IMG/VR virus record: IMGVR_UViG_3300045988_062028
Span: 1-45,655 of that record
DNA length: 45,655 nt
Strand: one strand, 5' to 3'
From: a virus
The notes beneath the pieces are model-generated. The model saw nothing but the letters and a program-made list of their open reading frames with translations, ran no database searches and was not told the origin of the DNA. How positions within the stretch are numbered: the stretch's first letter is position 1; each line of letters opens with the position of its first letter. Shown here piece by piece: positions 1 to 8,905 of this stretch. A program made the position numbers and the translations under genes.

Positions 1-119
1 GCCTCCCCCTCCTGGGTCAGCGTCGCGTCGATGACAGCATCCTTGCCCGGTTCGCCTTTTGCGCCCGTGTCGCCCTTGTCTCCTTTTTCGCCCTTGGGTC
101 CCTGCGGGCCAATCGGGCC
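1..119. repeat. Terminal direct repeat, copy 1 (circular-assembly overlap or terminal redundancy)
   Basis: Read base by base as identical to 45537-45655. Confidence 0.9.
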
Positions 120-635
120 GGTCTCTCCCGTGTCTCCCTGTGCGCCTTGCGGCCCTACGAAGTCGCCATTATCCAACCGCCGCTGTACTTCGTCCGCGAC
201 CGCCTGCGCAGCGTTTCCCGCTCGCTCAACGTTGGCCAGCGTGCCAGTTGCTTTATCAATCCATTTTTCAACCGGATCGGGCGCTGGGGCAGTTGCGTCG
301 CCAAGAGACTCACTGACGCGTGTACGGGCAATCGCAGTCTTGATGACCGTGCCATCCGCGTCTTGGATTGTGATTTGGGCTTGCCCGCTTCCGGCTTTAC
401 CGCCGATATCCGCGCTCGTAATCTCCCACGTCAGGATACCGCCCTCTTGCTTCACCGCCGCCGGATACTCCGCCCCGGCAGGCGACTTGACCGTGATCGA
501 CGCAATAGCATCCGGATACTGGCTCAATATGCTTTTCAGGTTGATCTGTACCCGCGTCGCGCGATTTTCGCCGACGCGCCCAAGCAGCAGCGCTTGATCG
601 CCGAAACGGTCAAGCGTCAGAATGATATCACGCAT
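1..635 (-). CDS. Tail fibre with collagen-like repeat, N-terminal part (ATG at 635; continues across the junction into 45536..44543)
   Basis: SD GAGGGAGAG upstream of the ATG. Translation MRDIILTLDRFGDQ... contains 13 consecutive G-X-Y triplets (39-155: GPQGAQGDTGETGPIGPQGPKGEKGDKGDTGAKGEPGKD). This ORF is missing from the ORF track because it runs off the window edge. Confidence 0.8.
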   Translation of the reverse strand, partial: MRDIILTLDRFGDQALLLGRVGENRATRVQINLKSILSQYPDAIASITVKSPAGAEYPAAVKQEGGILTWEITSADIGGKAGSGQAQITIQDADGTVIKTAIARTRVSESLGDATAPAPDPVEKWIDKATGTLANVERAGNAAQAVADEVQRRLDNGDFVGPQGAQGDTGETGPIGPQGPKGEKGDKGDTGAKGEPGKDAVIDATLTQEGE

Positions 636-679
636 CACGTTCTCTCCCTCGTTTAACTCAAGCTCAAATTAACATCCTT

Positions 680-705
680 GTGTTTTGTTGAGGCCAACAA
701 AACAC
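680..705 (-). other. Perfect 11-bp stem / 4-nt loop hairpin in the 126-bp gap upstream of the fibre gene
   Basis: GTGTTTTGTTG-AGGC-CAACAAAACAC; no clear U tract follows, so its function (attenuator or RNA stability element) is unknown. Confidence 0.4.
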
Positions 706-761
706 GCATCCACTTGTTTTCTTAAAAGTTTGCCCCGCCCGTGTGAGCGAGGCATTGTCGG

Positions 762-893
762 TTATTCTTCCGCCAGCTCCGGCAGACCCGCGTCCACCAG
801 CAACTCTTTGACCTTCGTCTTGAGCTTGGCCGGGACATCCTTAAACTCGGTCTTGCCAAGGATTACGCGCTGCGCAAAAAACATCGCCATCAT
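762..893 (-). CDS. Small hypothetical protein (43 aa)
   Basis: SD GGGGGTGA lies 4 nt before ATGATG; MMAMFFAQRVILGKTEFKDVPAKLK...; sits in the tail-fibre neighbourhood. Confidence 0.5.
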   Translation of the reverse strand: MMAMFFAQRVILGKTEFKDVPAKLKTKVKELLVDAGLPELAEE

Positions 894-942
894 CGTTTCA
901 CCCCCTTTCCCCATGATTTTCAGCATCGTCCAGATGACCAGA

Positions 943-1329
943 TCACGCATACACAATTCCTGCCATCTCGGCCATGCAGTCTTCTACAAAATCGTTTCGG
1001 TCGCTAAGCGCCTGAATCTGCGCTTTGAGGAGCGTGCGCTCCTTCTCTTCCGCTGTCGGTTCAGGCGCTGGCCGCGCGTCAAAGTCCGCATCCATCTCGG
1101 CCTGTGTCCGCTGCGCAACCAGCCCGTCTACGAGCTTGTAGCGGTACACGCCGCGCTCGTCCGTGAGCGGCTCGAGCAGATAGTTGTTCTGCGCGTGCCG
1201 GTATCGGTCGCCCTCTCCCTCATCGATAGCCGTCCAGCCGTCGCCGCTCACAAACGCGTCGCTGTTGATCGCCGTCACGCGCCCCGCGTCGTCGGTCTGC
1301 ACCAGCACTTTGCAGCTCTCTGTGTCCAT
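943..1329 (-). CDS. Hypothetical tail-fibre-associated protein (128 aa)
   Basis: Strong SD AAGGAGGGG; immediately downstream of the BppU-like gene. Confidence 0.6.
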   Translation of the reverse strand: MDTESCKVLVQTDDAGRVTAINSDAFVSGDGWTAIDEGEGDRYRHAQNNYLLEPLTDERGVYRYKLVDGLVAQRTQAEMDADFDARPAPEPTAEEKERTLLKAQIQALSDRNDFVEDCMAEMAGIVYA

Positions 1330-1341
1330 GTCACCCCTCCT

Positions 1342-3114
1342 TTACAGGTCGGCAGAAATGTCAATATCTCCCAGCGGAGTAATAAGGCCCGTATGGATGC
1401 CTGTTACAGATACCGCGCACTTGACGATGACGCGGTTTGCGTTTGTGTTATGCGCCGTAGCCGTCTCGGTCGTCGTTCCCTGCGCGCTGCCCAGCGTGTA
1501 GTAAAACTTCCCGCCGCCCGTTACGGTCGGCGCAATCCGCATCGCCTGTAAGGGGATAAAAGCATAAGACCAACCACCTGATGAATACCCGGTGAACGTC
1601 TGCGTATCGCCCTTAATCTTCCGATAATACCGCAGGCACTCGGCCAGTTCTGCCGCATATCCCTTCGGCACATACGGCGGCAGGGTCTCCGCTGTGTATT
1701 CGCCCTCGTAGAGCGCCGCCCAGCGGACGACCGCCGCCGTGCCGGTGCTGCCTGTGTCCGGCGAAATGTACACGTTCACCACTTCGTCCCCGGTCAGTCC
1801 ATCCGGCTTTGTCAGCTTCAGCACCAGCGTACGCTCCGCCGCGTCGCCCTGAAAATACGCCGTGCCAAAATTCGTCGTGCCGCTGCCGATGTAGACAAAC
1901 AGTCGGCACGCCACCGGGAAAACGCCGCGCACCGCAAACGTCATCACGTCGGCAAAACGTTTCGCCTCGATCCGCTGCTGAATGCCCGCCGTCCAGTTCG
2001 TCTTGTCCGACACGATTTTCAGCCCGTCCGCCGCCTGTGAAACCGTCGCGCCGCTCGTCCGATTCCAGCGATCCACAGCATACCCGGTCGCGCCGTGCGC
2101 CCCGTTCACGCCCGCCTGCGCAACCGGGTGGACAAAATCGCTGTTGTCCAGCAGGTTGTACGGCTGTCCAAAATTATACTTGGCGATCTCAAGCGCCACA
2201 TTCTCCGCGAGATTGTCGATGCTGCCCGTGTCGCCGCGTGGGATGGTCAGCGTAATAACCGGGTTCTCCGCCGTGCCGCTTTGGGTGACGCTTGCTTGTG
2301 TGCCCGCCTCGCCAGTAACAACTTTGACCGTAATTTCCGGGGTTGCGCCAGTCGCACCCGTGTTTCCCTTGTCGCCCTTTGGGATAGCAAAAGACAGATT
2401 ATAATGGCCGTCCACAAGCGACAAGTCTGCCGTCGGTGCAGCGCCCGCTTCAAGGCCGGATGCCTGCACAGTCATGTTGTCGATTTTCCCAGCGGCGGTA
2501 TTTGCGGCTTTTGTTGCTGCGTTGGCGTTAGTCGTCGCCGTCTGCGCGGCCTTGGTCACGTTGTTTGCATTCGTGGCTGCTGTATTTGCGGCTTTTGTTG
2601 CTGCGTTGGCGTTAGTCGTCGCCGTCTGCGCGGCCTTGGTCGCGTTGTTTGCGTTCGTGGTTGCCGTGTTCGCGGCCTTCGCTGCCGATTCTGCGGCGGC
2701 AATTTGCGCCAGAAGCTCATCAAGCGACGGAATAACGTTTTCCTCATCGACAATCGCGCCTGTCATGCTGCGCACGACATAGCCGTTTCCCCAAAATACC
2801 GACTTGCGGCTTTCACCGATGGAAACCTTAATGATGAGGTTAAAGTTGCCGACGATGTAATAGCAGGCCTCCGAAAGCGTGAGGGTCACGGCATTACCGC
2901 TGATCGCTCCCGTGATGGGAACGGTATACCCGTCTGCGCGGATAAAATAGCCCTGAGCGCTTGCGCCGCTCAAGTCCATTTCTTCAGCGCCTCGGTAGAG
3001 GGAAAGCTCGAAAGTATGCGCATTTTTGTCGCCTGACGCATACAGTGCCTTTAGTGGGGTCATCTGGGTTTCAGCGTCAACGTCAATTTTGCGCTTGAAT
3101 ACGCCGAGATTCAA
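1342..3114 (-). CDS. BppU-like baseplate upper / receptor-binding protein (590 aa)
   Basis: Position after Tal. The N-terminal domain resembles BppU_N. There is an Ala/Thr/Asn-rich repeat stalk and short GDKGNTGATGAT and PRGDTGS motifs. TTG start. Confidence 0.55.
   Translation of the reverse strand: MNLGVFKRKIDVDAETQMTPLKALYASGDKNAHTFELSLYRGAEEMDLSGASAQGYFIRADGYTVPITGAISGNAVTLTLSEACYYIVGNFNLIIKVSIGESRKSVFWGNGYVVRSMTGAIVDEENVIPSLDELLAQIAAAESAAKAANTATTNANNATKAAQTATTNANAATKAANTAATNANNVTKAAQTATTNANAATKAANTAAGKIDNMTVQASGLEAGAAPTADLSLVDGHYNLSFAIPKGDKGNTGATGATPEITVKVVTGEAGTQASVTQSGTAENPVITLTIPRGDTGSIDNLAENVALEIAKYNFGQPYNLLDNSDFVHPVAQAGVNGAHGATGYAVDRWNRTSGATVSQAADGLKIVSDKTNWTAGIQQRIEAKRFADVMTFAVRGVFPVACRLFVYIGSGTTNFGTAYFQGDAAERTLVLKLTKPDGLTGDEVVNVYISPDTGSTGTAAVVRWAALYEGEYTAETLPPYVPKGYAAELAECLRYYRKIKGDTQTFTGYSSGGWSYAFIPLQAMRIAPTVTGGGKFYYTLGSAQGTTTETATAHNTNANRVIVKCAVSVTGIHTGLITPLGDIDISADL
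2498..2665. repeat. 84-bp tandem duplication (2 copies) inside the BppU-like gene
   Basis: Copy 1 is 2498-2581 and copy 2 is 2582-2665. The first ~63 bp are identical. Each copy encodes 28 aa (..TKAAQTATTNANAATKAANTAA..). Confidence 0.85.
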
Positions 3115-3120
3115 AGGGCA

Positions 3121-3384
3121 TCACTCCTTTGCCAGCTTCACAAGCACGCTGCCGTTTTTGTTGCGCTGGATGGCTGCAAGTTCGGTAAATCCTTCATAGA
3201 TTTCGGTTACGCCGGGTTTCGTCTCGTCTGTCTTCTCAATCCTGCTGTTGCCCTCGAAATCAGCGGCAATTTCCGACAGGCGACGATTGTCGGGGATCTC
3301 GATCATCAGACTTCCGGATTCGCTGGTTGGGCCGAACGCCCAGTTTGCATCAAGCGTCTTGCCTTTGCTCGTCGTGATTTTCAT
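3121..3384 (-). CDS. Hypothetical tail-module protein (87 aa)
   Basis: SD AAGGAGGA precedes the ATG; lies between the Tal and BppU-like genes. Confidence 0.6.
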   Translation of the reverse strand: MKITTSKGKTLDANWAFGPTSESGSLMIEIPDNRRLSEIAADFEGNSRIEKTDETKPGVTEIYEGFTELAAIQRNKNGSVLVKLAKE

Positions 3385-3547
3385 TTGCGGATTCCTCCTT
3401 CATGCTTAAAAGGGTTCTTCTTACCTTATCAATTTGTTGCATTGCCGTTAGCAAACGGTCAAGGTTTGATCTTCCCGACGTTTGCACATCATCCAGAAGA
3501 ATAAGCGCATTTCCGAGTGCAAGCGTCATTCCGTTTATATCGTCCAT
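3350..3547 (-). CDS. Hypothetical protein (65 aa)
   Basis: ORF directly after Tal; its 3' end overlaps the next gene by 35 nt. Confidence 0.4.
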   Translation of the reverse strand: MDDINGMTLALGNALILLDDVQTSGRSNLDRLLTAMQQIDKVRRTLLSMKEESANENHDEQRQDA

Positions 3548-3551
3548 ATCA

Positions 3552-5516
3552 TCAACCCCATTTCAAATATTGAATCGTTGAATAAGACAGCCCTGTCACA
3601 AACGTTTTACTATCTCCTTTTACGCTTTTTACTGTCCCATCGCTGTTCAAATTGACTTGCGAAACATACACGACTGTCCCGGTGCTTCTTCCTGTGGCGA
3701 CATCTAGGCTTTCCAAAGATATATGTTTCGTGTCTAAAATCATCGAATTAATCACAGCTTTATTGTTTACACCAAGAAAGTTCGTAACTACACTTTCGTT
3801 CATTGTCAGCTTAAAATCTGCCAATTCAGCGGATAGCTGGTCTGCCGTGACGTATCCTTTCAGCGCGATCTTGTCCGCTTTCAGCTCGATTTCGCTGTTC
3901 AGACCGTCGATTCTGATTTCTGCGCTACTAACTCTTTCGCCGAGCGCGTCCGTTACAGTCGCGTCCGCTTTTAAGACAATCGAGCTGTTTAATCCGTCAA
4001 TCTTGACTGCTGCGGACTTGATATCCCCTTCTGCTGTTTCGACGCGCCCCACAAGGCCGATCTGCCCGTCCGCGCCGTTCAGCGTGATTTCCGCCGACGA
4101 TAGACGTTCTCCTATGTCTGTAACCGTCTTAGCATCGGCTTTCATGTTAATAAGGCCGCCCCCGGCGGCGGTTGCAGAGATGGCGGCGTTCACGTCCTCA
4201 ATCTTGTTATGCCGACCAACAAGCATTGATACAAGGCCGCCGTTATCGCTCGATGCGGTAATCAAGGCGTTAATCGTCTCGACGTTTCCCGCCCAATTTC
4301 CCGTGATTGCTCGCTTTGTCGCGTACAGGTCGGCGTGATTCGCCTCAATCTTCACGCCTGCTTCTTTAACCCATGCCTCCGTTGCGCTCGTGAAGGAATC
4401 GGTCTTTTTAAGCATATCAAGCACGGACGTTTTCGACAGGCTGGTGCCTTTGCCGCCGCCGACATACTTTTTTGTGCTGTTCTGCGACGAGCCGCCTGTA
4501 ACGGTGTTGTCCAGCCGCACGAGGTCTTCCGCCGTGTCGCGGATGTTGCTCGCAAGCGTCAGCCTTACGCCGCGCGGGTCGCCGTAAACGTCGGTGATGC
4601 TGCGCACGAGGATTCGCTCTTCCATCTTTACGCCGTAATCGGGGAGCGCGAGCCGGAAAAGCCGACCGATTCGGAAGGAATCGAGGCTTTCTCCTGTCGC
4701 GGTCGCCAAATCAACGCCGTTGATCTCAATGCTGTTTCGCGGGTTTTTGTGGTCTTCGATGTATCGCACGATGTAGCTTCGCAGACTTTCAGCGGTCACG
4801 CCCTCTCCGGCGGTAATCGTCTTCGTGATAATTCCCCACACACCGGCGGTCGGACCGTCGATGTAGTGCGGCTCTGGGAGGCTCTTGCAGTAAATCCGCG
4901 TGCAGAACTCGTCATCGGACATCGAGACGCTGACGCTTTCGAGGTTTCGGCTCAGCCGCCCCTCACAACTCGCGGAGGTCTCGACCGATACGACGTTCAC
5001 CCGCCAAGGGAAACCGTGCGTATCGTCGAATTCGAGCGCGTAGCCGTCTTTCTCGTCGCCGACCACTTCCGTCATCGCAGACAGGATGTTGTTGCAGTCA
5101 TACGCATATTCGATGCTCGCGCTTTTCGCGCACGTGCCGAGCACCCAAGGCTTTTGACCGTTCACAAGCGTCGTTTGATTTGCCAGCATCGCCGTCAGCA
5201 CTTCGGCGCACGTTCCGCTGTACGTTCCCTCGCCGGGAATGATCGCATCGCCGAGAATCGCCGCACTGTGCTCTAGGTCAACGTCGCCCGTATCGACATA
5301 GCTTTCAGACGCGCTAGACACGCGGTAGAAGCCCGCGCTTCCGTCGATGGTATAAAGCTCTACCCATGCATGAAAAGGCGCTCCCTCGCCTGGAGGAAGC
5401 GCCATGGAAGCGTCATGCGGCGGCACAAGCCGCTCATTGATGGACAGCGTAACGGGATGGAGGCGGCACACCTCGCGGAGCTGCGCGTCAAGCAGACGCG
5501 GAAGCCTTACGCTCAT
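3552..5516 (-). CDS. Tal-like tail tip / minor structural protein (654 aa)
   Basis: Follows Dit with an ATGA overlap. C-terminal repeated segments SAEITLNGADGQIGL / SAEIRIDGLNSEIELKADK. Confidence 0.6.
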   Translation of the reverse strand: MSVRLPRLLDAQLREVCRLHPVTLSINERLVPPHDASMALPPGEGAPFHAWVELYTIDGSAGFYRVSSASESYVDTGDVDLEHSAAILGDAIIPGEGTYSGTCAEVLTAMLANQTTLVNGQKPWVLGTCAKSASIEYAYDCNNILSAMTEVVGDEKDGYALEFDDTHGFPWRVNVVSVETSASCEGRLSRNLESVSVSMSDDEFCTRIYCKSLPEPHYIDGPTAGVWGIITKTITAGEGVTAESLRSYIVRYIEDHKNPRNSIEINGVDLATATGESLDSFRIGRLFRLALPDYGVKMEERILVRSITDVYGDPRGVRLTLASNIRDTAEDLVRLDNTVTGGSSQNSTKKYVGGGKGTSLSKTSVLDMLKKTDSFTSATEAWVKEAGVKIEANHADLYATKRAITGNWAGNVETINALITASSDNGGLVSMLVGRHNKIEDVNAAISATAAGGGLINMKADAKTVTDIGERLSSAEITLNGADGQIGLVGRVETAEGDIKSAAVKIDGLNSSIVLKADATVTDALGERVSSAEIRIDGLNSEIELKADKIALKGYVTADQLSAELADFKLTMNESVVTNFLGVNNKAVINSMILDTKHISLESLDVATGRSTGTVVYVSQVNLNSDGTVKSVKGDSKTFVTGLSYSTIQYLKWG

Positions 5517-6283
5517 GTGTAATACCCCCTCACGCCGAATCTCGTCTTTGCTTTTCCGTCCGTGGAGACGGACAGTTTGCCAAACTTCCCGGCTTCAAGC
5601 CGCAGCTCGTCGCTTGATTCGGCTGTTCGCTTGCTCAGCACGCTTTTGCTTCCGATTCGCGCGTAAAAAACGCCGTGCTCGTCCGTCCCGACTTCCAGCG
5701 CCGAGCCGGAAGGGAGCACAAGCCCGGAGAAGTGCAGCGCGGTTTGTCCGGCTGTCAGGTCTACGCTCGTGATCGCGCCCGTTCCGGCGTTGGTCACGCT
5801 CGCCCAAACGCGGGAATCATCCGCAAAGCCCGGCGCAATCATTTGAGCCTCACCGTTCCCGTCAACCGTCGCGTTTCGCGGGTATTCGCTCTCCCAGAAG
5901 GGGATTTCAAAAGCCGTGAACGTCGCCGTCAGGCTGTTTGTCCAGCGCAACGCGGAGAAGTTCGGCAGGGTCTCACAGATGACGTGCAGCCGCCTTTCGG
6001 GTCGGTCGTTCGTCGTCAGAACGCCGCCGAGAATCGCCCACTCCGTCACTTTCTCCGCGATGAGGGCGCGGCGAACGGTGTTCTGCTCGTGGATTTCAAA
6101 TTTCACTTCGACGCTCAGGCTGTTCGTCGTGCGCTTCGTGATTCGCTGCCCGCTTCGGCCTGCAAGCGGTGTCGTCACAAGATCGCGCACGGGCGAAACG
6201 GTGCTCACGTCAAGCACATAAATTTCCGGGTCGATGCTCGACAAATCAATGCCGTTCAGTCGGCAGGCGTATCTCGTCATCAT
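5513..6283 (-). CDS. Distal tail protein (Dit-like, 256 aa)
   Basis: Size is right and it sits immediately after the tape measure gene, overlapping it. Confidence 0.6.
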   Translation of the reverse strand: MMTRYACRLNGIDLSSIDPEIYVLDVSTVSPVRDLVTTPLAGRSGQRITKRTTNSLSVEVKFEIHEQNTVRRALIAEKVTEWAILGGVLTTNDRPERRLHVICETLPNFSALRWTNSLTATFTAFEIPFWESEYPRNATVDGNGEAQMIAPGFADDSRVWASVTNAGTGAITSVDLTAGQTALHFSGLVLPSGSALEVGTDEHGVFYARIGSKSVLSKRTAESSDELRLEAGKFGKLSVSTDGKAKTRFGVRGYYT

Positions 6284-8226
6284 ACGTTTGCATACCTCAT
6301 AGCTCTTGCGCCCTTGGCAATGTTGCGGCTCACGCGCTGCGTCACAAGATCGCCTACTCTATCCGCGCCCATGTACACGCCCACGCCGTCAAGCGCTTCG
6401 CGTACAGCGACGGCGACGGCTTGGCTGATGCTCTCCGCGCTGATACCGCCGACATTCCCGGCGCGGTAGGCCGTCGCGTCTGCGCGGTTCAGAACGGCTT
6501 CGCCTGCATGTAGGATTGCCGGGAAGTCATTATATGGAACATAGTCAAGGCCGGTTGCCTTGCGCGGAGTTCCCGTATTGTGCCAGTTATTTCCGTATGG
6601 ATTATTAGGGTTGCTGTCTCTCTTTTCAGTGTCCAGTCCCAAAAAGGTCTGAACCTTTTCAATAGCCGTTCCGACCTTGGAAATCACGCTGTCAAACCAT
6701 CCCGAAATACTCTCAAGGATTCCGCTGATCGGGTCAGAGAAGGTAGCGTTAAAGAAATTGGCTGCGTTAGTCAGCGCATCGTGCGCCCAGTCATAAACAG
6801 ATTTAAAAGCGTCAGCCACGTTTTGGACGATATCCGTAAGGCTAACGTCAAACTGCGCCTTGAAGAAATCGTCAACTGCCGTCAGTGCGTCGCTCGCCAT
6901 GGTTTGAATGGATTCAAACCATCCGGCAATCCCGGACACGATATTTGTCAGCGCGTCGGCAACCTCCGTCCCGAAGAAGTCCTTTACCGCTTCCAGCGCT
7001 TTTCCGGCCCATTCTTTAATGTCTTTCCAGTGAGTGACAATCGCTCCAATCGTCAAGCCAACAAGGACAAGAGGCGATTTCATGGCAATCCACGCGGTAA
7101 CGATGCCGCCAAGAACAACCGCCGCCGTTTGAAAGAGAGGATCGTCAACAAAAGCGCTGAAATCCTTAAGAAATTCCTCTACGTTTTCGGCTGTCTCCTT
7201 GTCAAATCCGTTGAAAAGCAGCGCCAAGAAGTCCTCAACGCCCGTGAAGATCATGCCTGCAATGTTGCCAAACGAGCTGGCAATATCAAAGAGCGCCTGC
7301 GCGGTGTCGCTCGGCTTTTCTTCGCCGCTGCTCCACGCCAGAATCTTGTCCAGCAGGTCAATAACGCCGTCAAAGACATATCCGGCCATATCGCCGAGGC
7401 TTGACGCAAGCATGCCAAGACGCATCTGCACGGTTTCGTCGGACAGAAACTCGCTCAGCTTTTTCACGACTGGCGTTAGCGATTCGTAAAACGGAGCACC
7501 CACAACGGCCAGAACGTCTTTCCAGACGCGCTGCAAGTTTCCGACGACGTTCACCCAGCCGTCCATTTCACGCGCTGCTTGCCCTGTCGCGCCGCTCTGG
7601 TCATAGATTTCTTGCGCAACGTTGAGCATGAGGTTCTGCTTCTGTGCTTCGGTCAGATTCGTCCACTTTTTGCCGTACAGTTCGACGGCCTTAGAGTTTC
7701 GCTGGCTTTCCGATGTGAAAAGGCCGATAGCGTCGCCCGCCTCGGTATTGCCACGCAGGAAAGAGCGCAAGCGCACGTCTGCGTCCTCAAGACTGATGTC
7801 GTAGTATGCCGCCGCGTCAGCCGCGATACGGGTATACTCATCCATCATCGAGAGCGCGCCCGCTGCGTCAACGCCTGCACCCTTGAACTGGCTAAACGCC
7901 TTGGTGCCGACCTGCTGCAAGCGTGTTGCAAGGATGCCCGTGTCATTACTGACGCTGGCGAGAACGCCGTTCGCGGCTTCCTCGATGCCCTCAAAGGTCG
8001 CTGCAAACTGCGCCTTTTCTGCCGCCACATCGGCTGCGGCTGTGACTGCATCCTTGGCAAAGTCCGCAATCGTCGAAAACGCTCGCTTTACGCCGTCTGC
8101 AATCAGCTGCGCCTTTGCAACCATCCATGTATCGAGCTTTTCAAAGCCCTGCTTTGCGCCCTTGATGCCCTGCTCATACTCCTTTGAATCCAGCCCGATC
8201 TTGGCTACAAGCGTAAATAAATCCAT
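6280..8226 (-). CDS. Tail tape measure protein (648 aa)
   Basis: Long helical Ala/Gly-rich protein directly after the G/G-T chaperone pair. Confidence 0.8.
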   Translation of the reverse strand: MDLFTLVAKIGLDSKEYEQGIKGAKQGFEKLDTWMVAKAQLIADGVKRAFSTIADFAKDAVTAAADVAAEKAQFAATFEGIEEAANGVLASVSNDTGILATRLQQVGTKAFSQFKGAGVDAAGALSMMDEYTRIAADAAAYYDISLEDADVRLRSFLRGNTEAGDAIGLFTSESQRNSKAVELYGKKWTNLTEAQKQNLMLNVAQEIYDQSGATGQAAREMDGWVNVVGNLQRVWKDVLAVVGAPFYESLTPVVKKLSEFLSDETVQMRLGMLASSLGDMAGYVFDGVIDLLDKILAWSSGEEKPSDTAQALFDIASSFGNIAGMIFTGVEDFLALLFNGFDKETAENVEEFLKDFSAFVDDPLFQTAAVVLGGIVTAWIAMKSPLVLVGLTIGAIVTHWKDIKEWAGKALEAVKDFFGTEVADALTNIVSGIAGWFESIQTMASDALTAVDDFFKAQFDVSLTDIVQNVADAFKSVYDWAHDALTNAANFFNATFSDPISGILESISGWFDSVISKVGTAIEKVQTFLGLDTEKRDSNPNNPYGNNWHNTGTPRKATGLDYVPYNDFPAILHAGEAVLNRADATAYRAGNVGGISAESISQAVAVAVREALDGVGVYMGADRVGDLVTQRVSRNIAKGARAMRYANV

Positions 8227-8229
8227 GCT

Positions 8230-8855
8230 TTACCCCTCCCCTCTTGCTTTTTTCCTTCTCTCGTGCTCGGCGATCAGATCGTCAATGATCTCCTGGCCCG
8301 TTCGGTTATCCTGTTCCACCAGCCCGACAAACTCCTCATAGCTCACGAGTTCGCTCCCCATCGCCTGGCAGATGGCGGAAAGCATCTTCGCGCTGTACAC
8401 GTCGCCCAGCCACTTTTGGCGGTCATCTGCCAAAAGGTCGGAGAGCGCCGCGATTGTCGGCGGTGCTCCGTGCCTGTAAATCGCCGCCGTTACAGCTTTC
8501 CGACCGTATGCACGGACGACGTAAAAAAATCCATCAGGTCGGGGTCTGCGAGCGCGTTTTTCAGCTCCTTGATGGTCTGCATGCCCTTCTGACTGCGGAT
8601 TTCCTCAACGGTTTTGTCGTTGATTGCCGCCAGAATCGCGAACGTGTCCTCCCGATGGTCGCCCAGCAGCAGCGGAACGAATTTGCCGATCATCATAGAG
8701 GTCTGCTGGATGTTGTTCATGCCGCTTTTGCTCAAATCGGCGATTTCCTGAAAAGTTTCCGTCGTCTTCTTGTCAAAGCCGATCCTCTCAAGCGGTTCTG
8801 CGATTTTGCAAAGACAGACAGACAGCTCTTCACCGTTCATTTCCGAAAGTTTCAT
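8230..8855 (-). CDS. Tail assembly chaperone G-T fusion made by a -1 programmed frameshift
   Basis: After slipping at T_TTT_TTT, the -1 frame is open from 8529 to the stop at 8230. It joins the track ORF 8230..8433, which otherwise has only a TTG start and no SD. Confidence 0.7.
8490..8855 (-). CDS. Tail assembly chaperone (gpG-like, 121 aa)
   Basis: Located between the major tail and tape measure genes; a slippery site lies near its 3' end. Confidence 0.7.
   Translation of the reverse strand: MKLSEMNGEELSVCLCKIAEPLERIGFDKKTTETFQEIADLSKSGMNNIQQTSMMIGKFVPLLLGDHREDTFAILAAINDKTVEEIRSQKGMQTIKELKNALADPDLMDFFTSSVHTVGKL
8523..8529 (-). promoter_or_regulatory. -1 frameshift slippery heptamer T_TTT_TTT
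   Basis: Zero-frame codons are GAT TTT TTT ACG, which fits X_XXY_YYZ. It lies 11 codons before the gpG stop. Confidence 0.65.
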
Positions 8856-8905
8856 CTTCTCACCTCAAAAAGAAAAGCGCCGAAGGCAAAGCCCCCGGCG
8901 TGTTG

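Noticed and set aside
685-1551. Long plus-strand ORFs antisense to minus-strand genes (for example 685..1551, 2095..3036, 4335..5276, 6580..7404, 11356..12297, 28759..29538, 38499..39344)
   Set aside because: These are shadow ORFs of GC-rich coding sequence. They are Arg/Ala/Ser-rich, lack SD sequences, and each completely overlaps a well-supported minus-strand gene.
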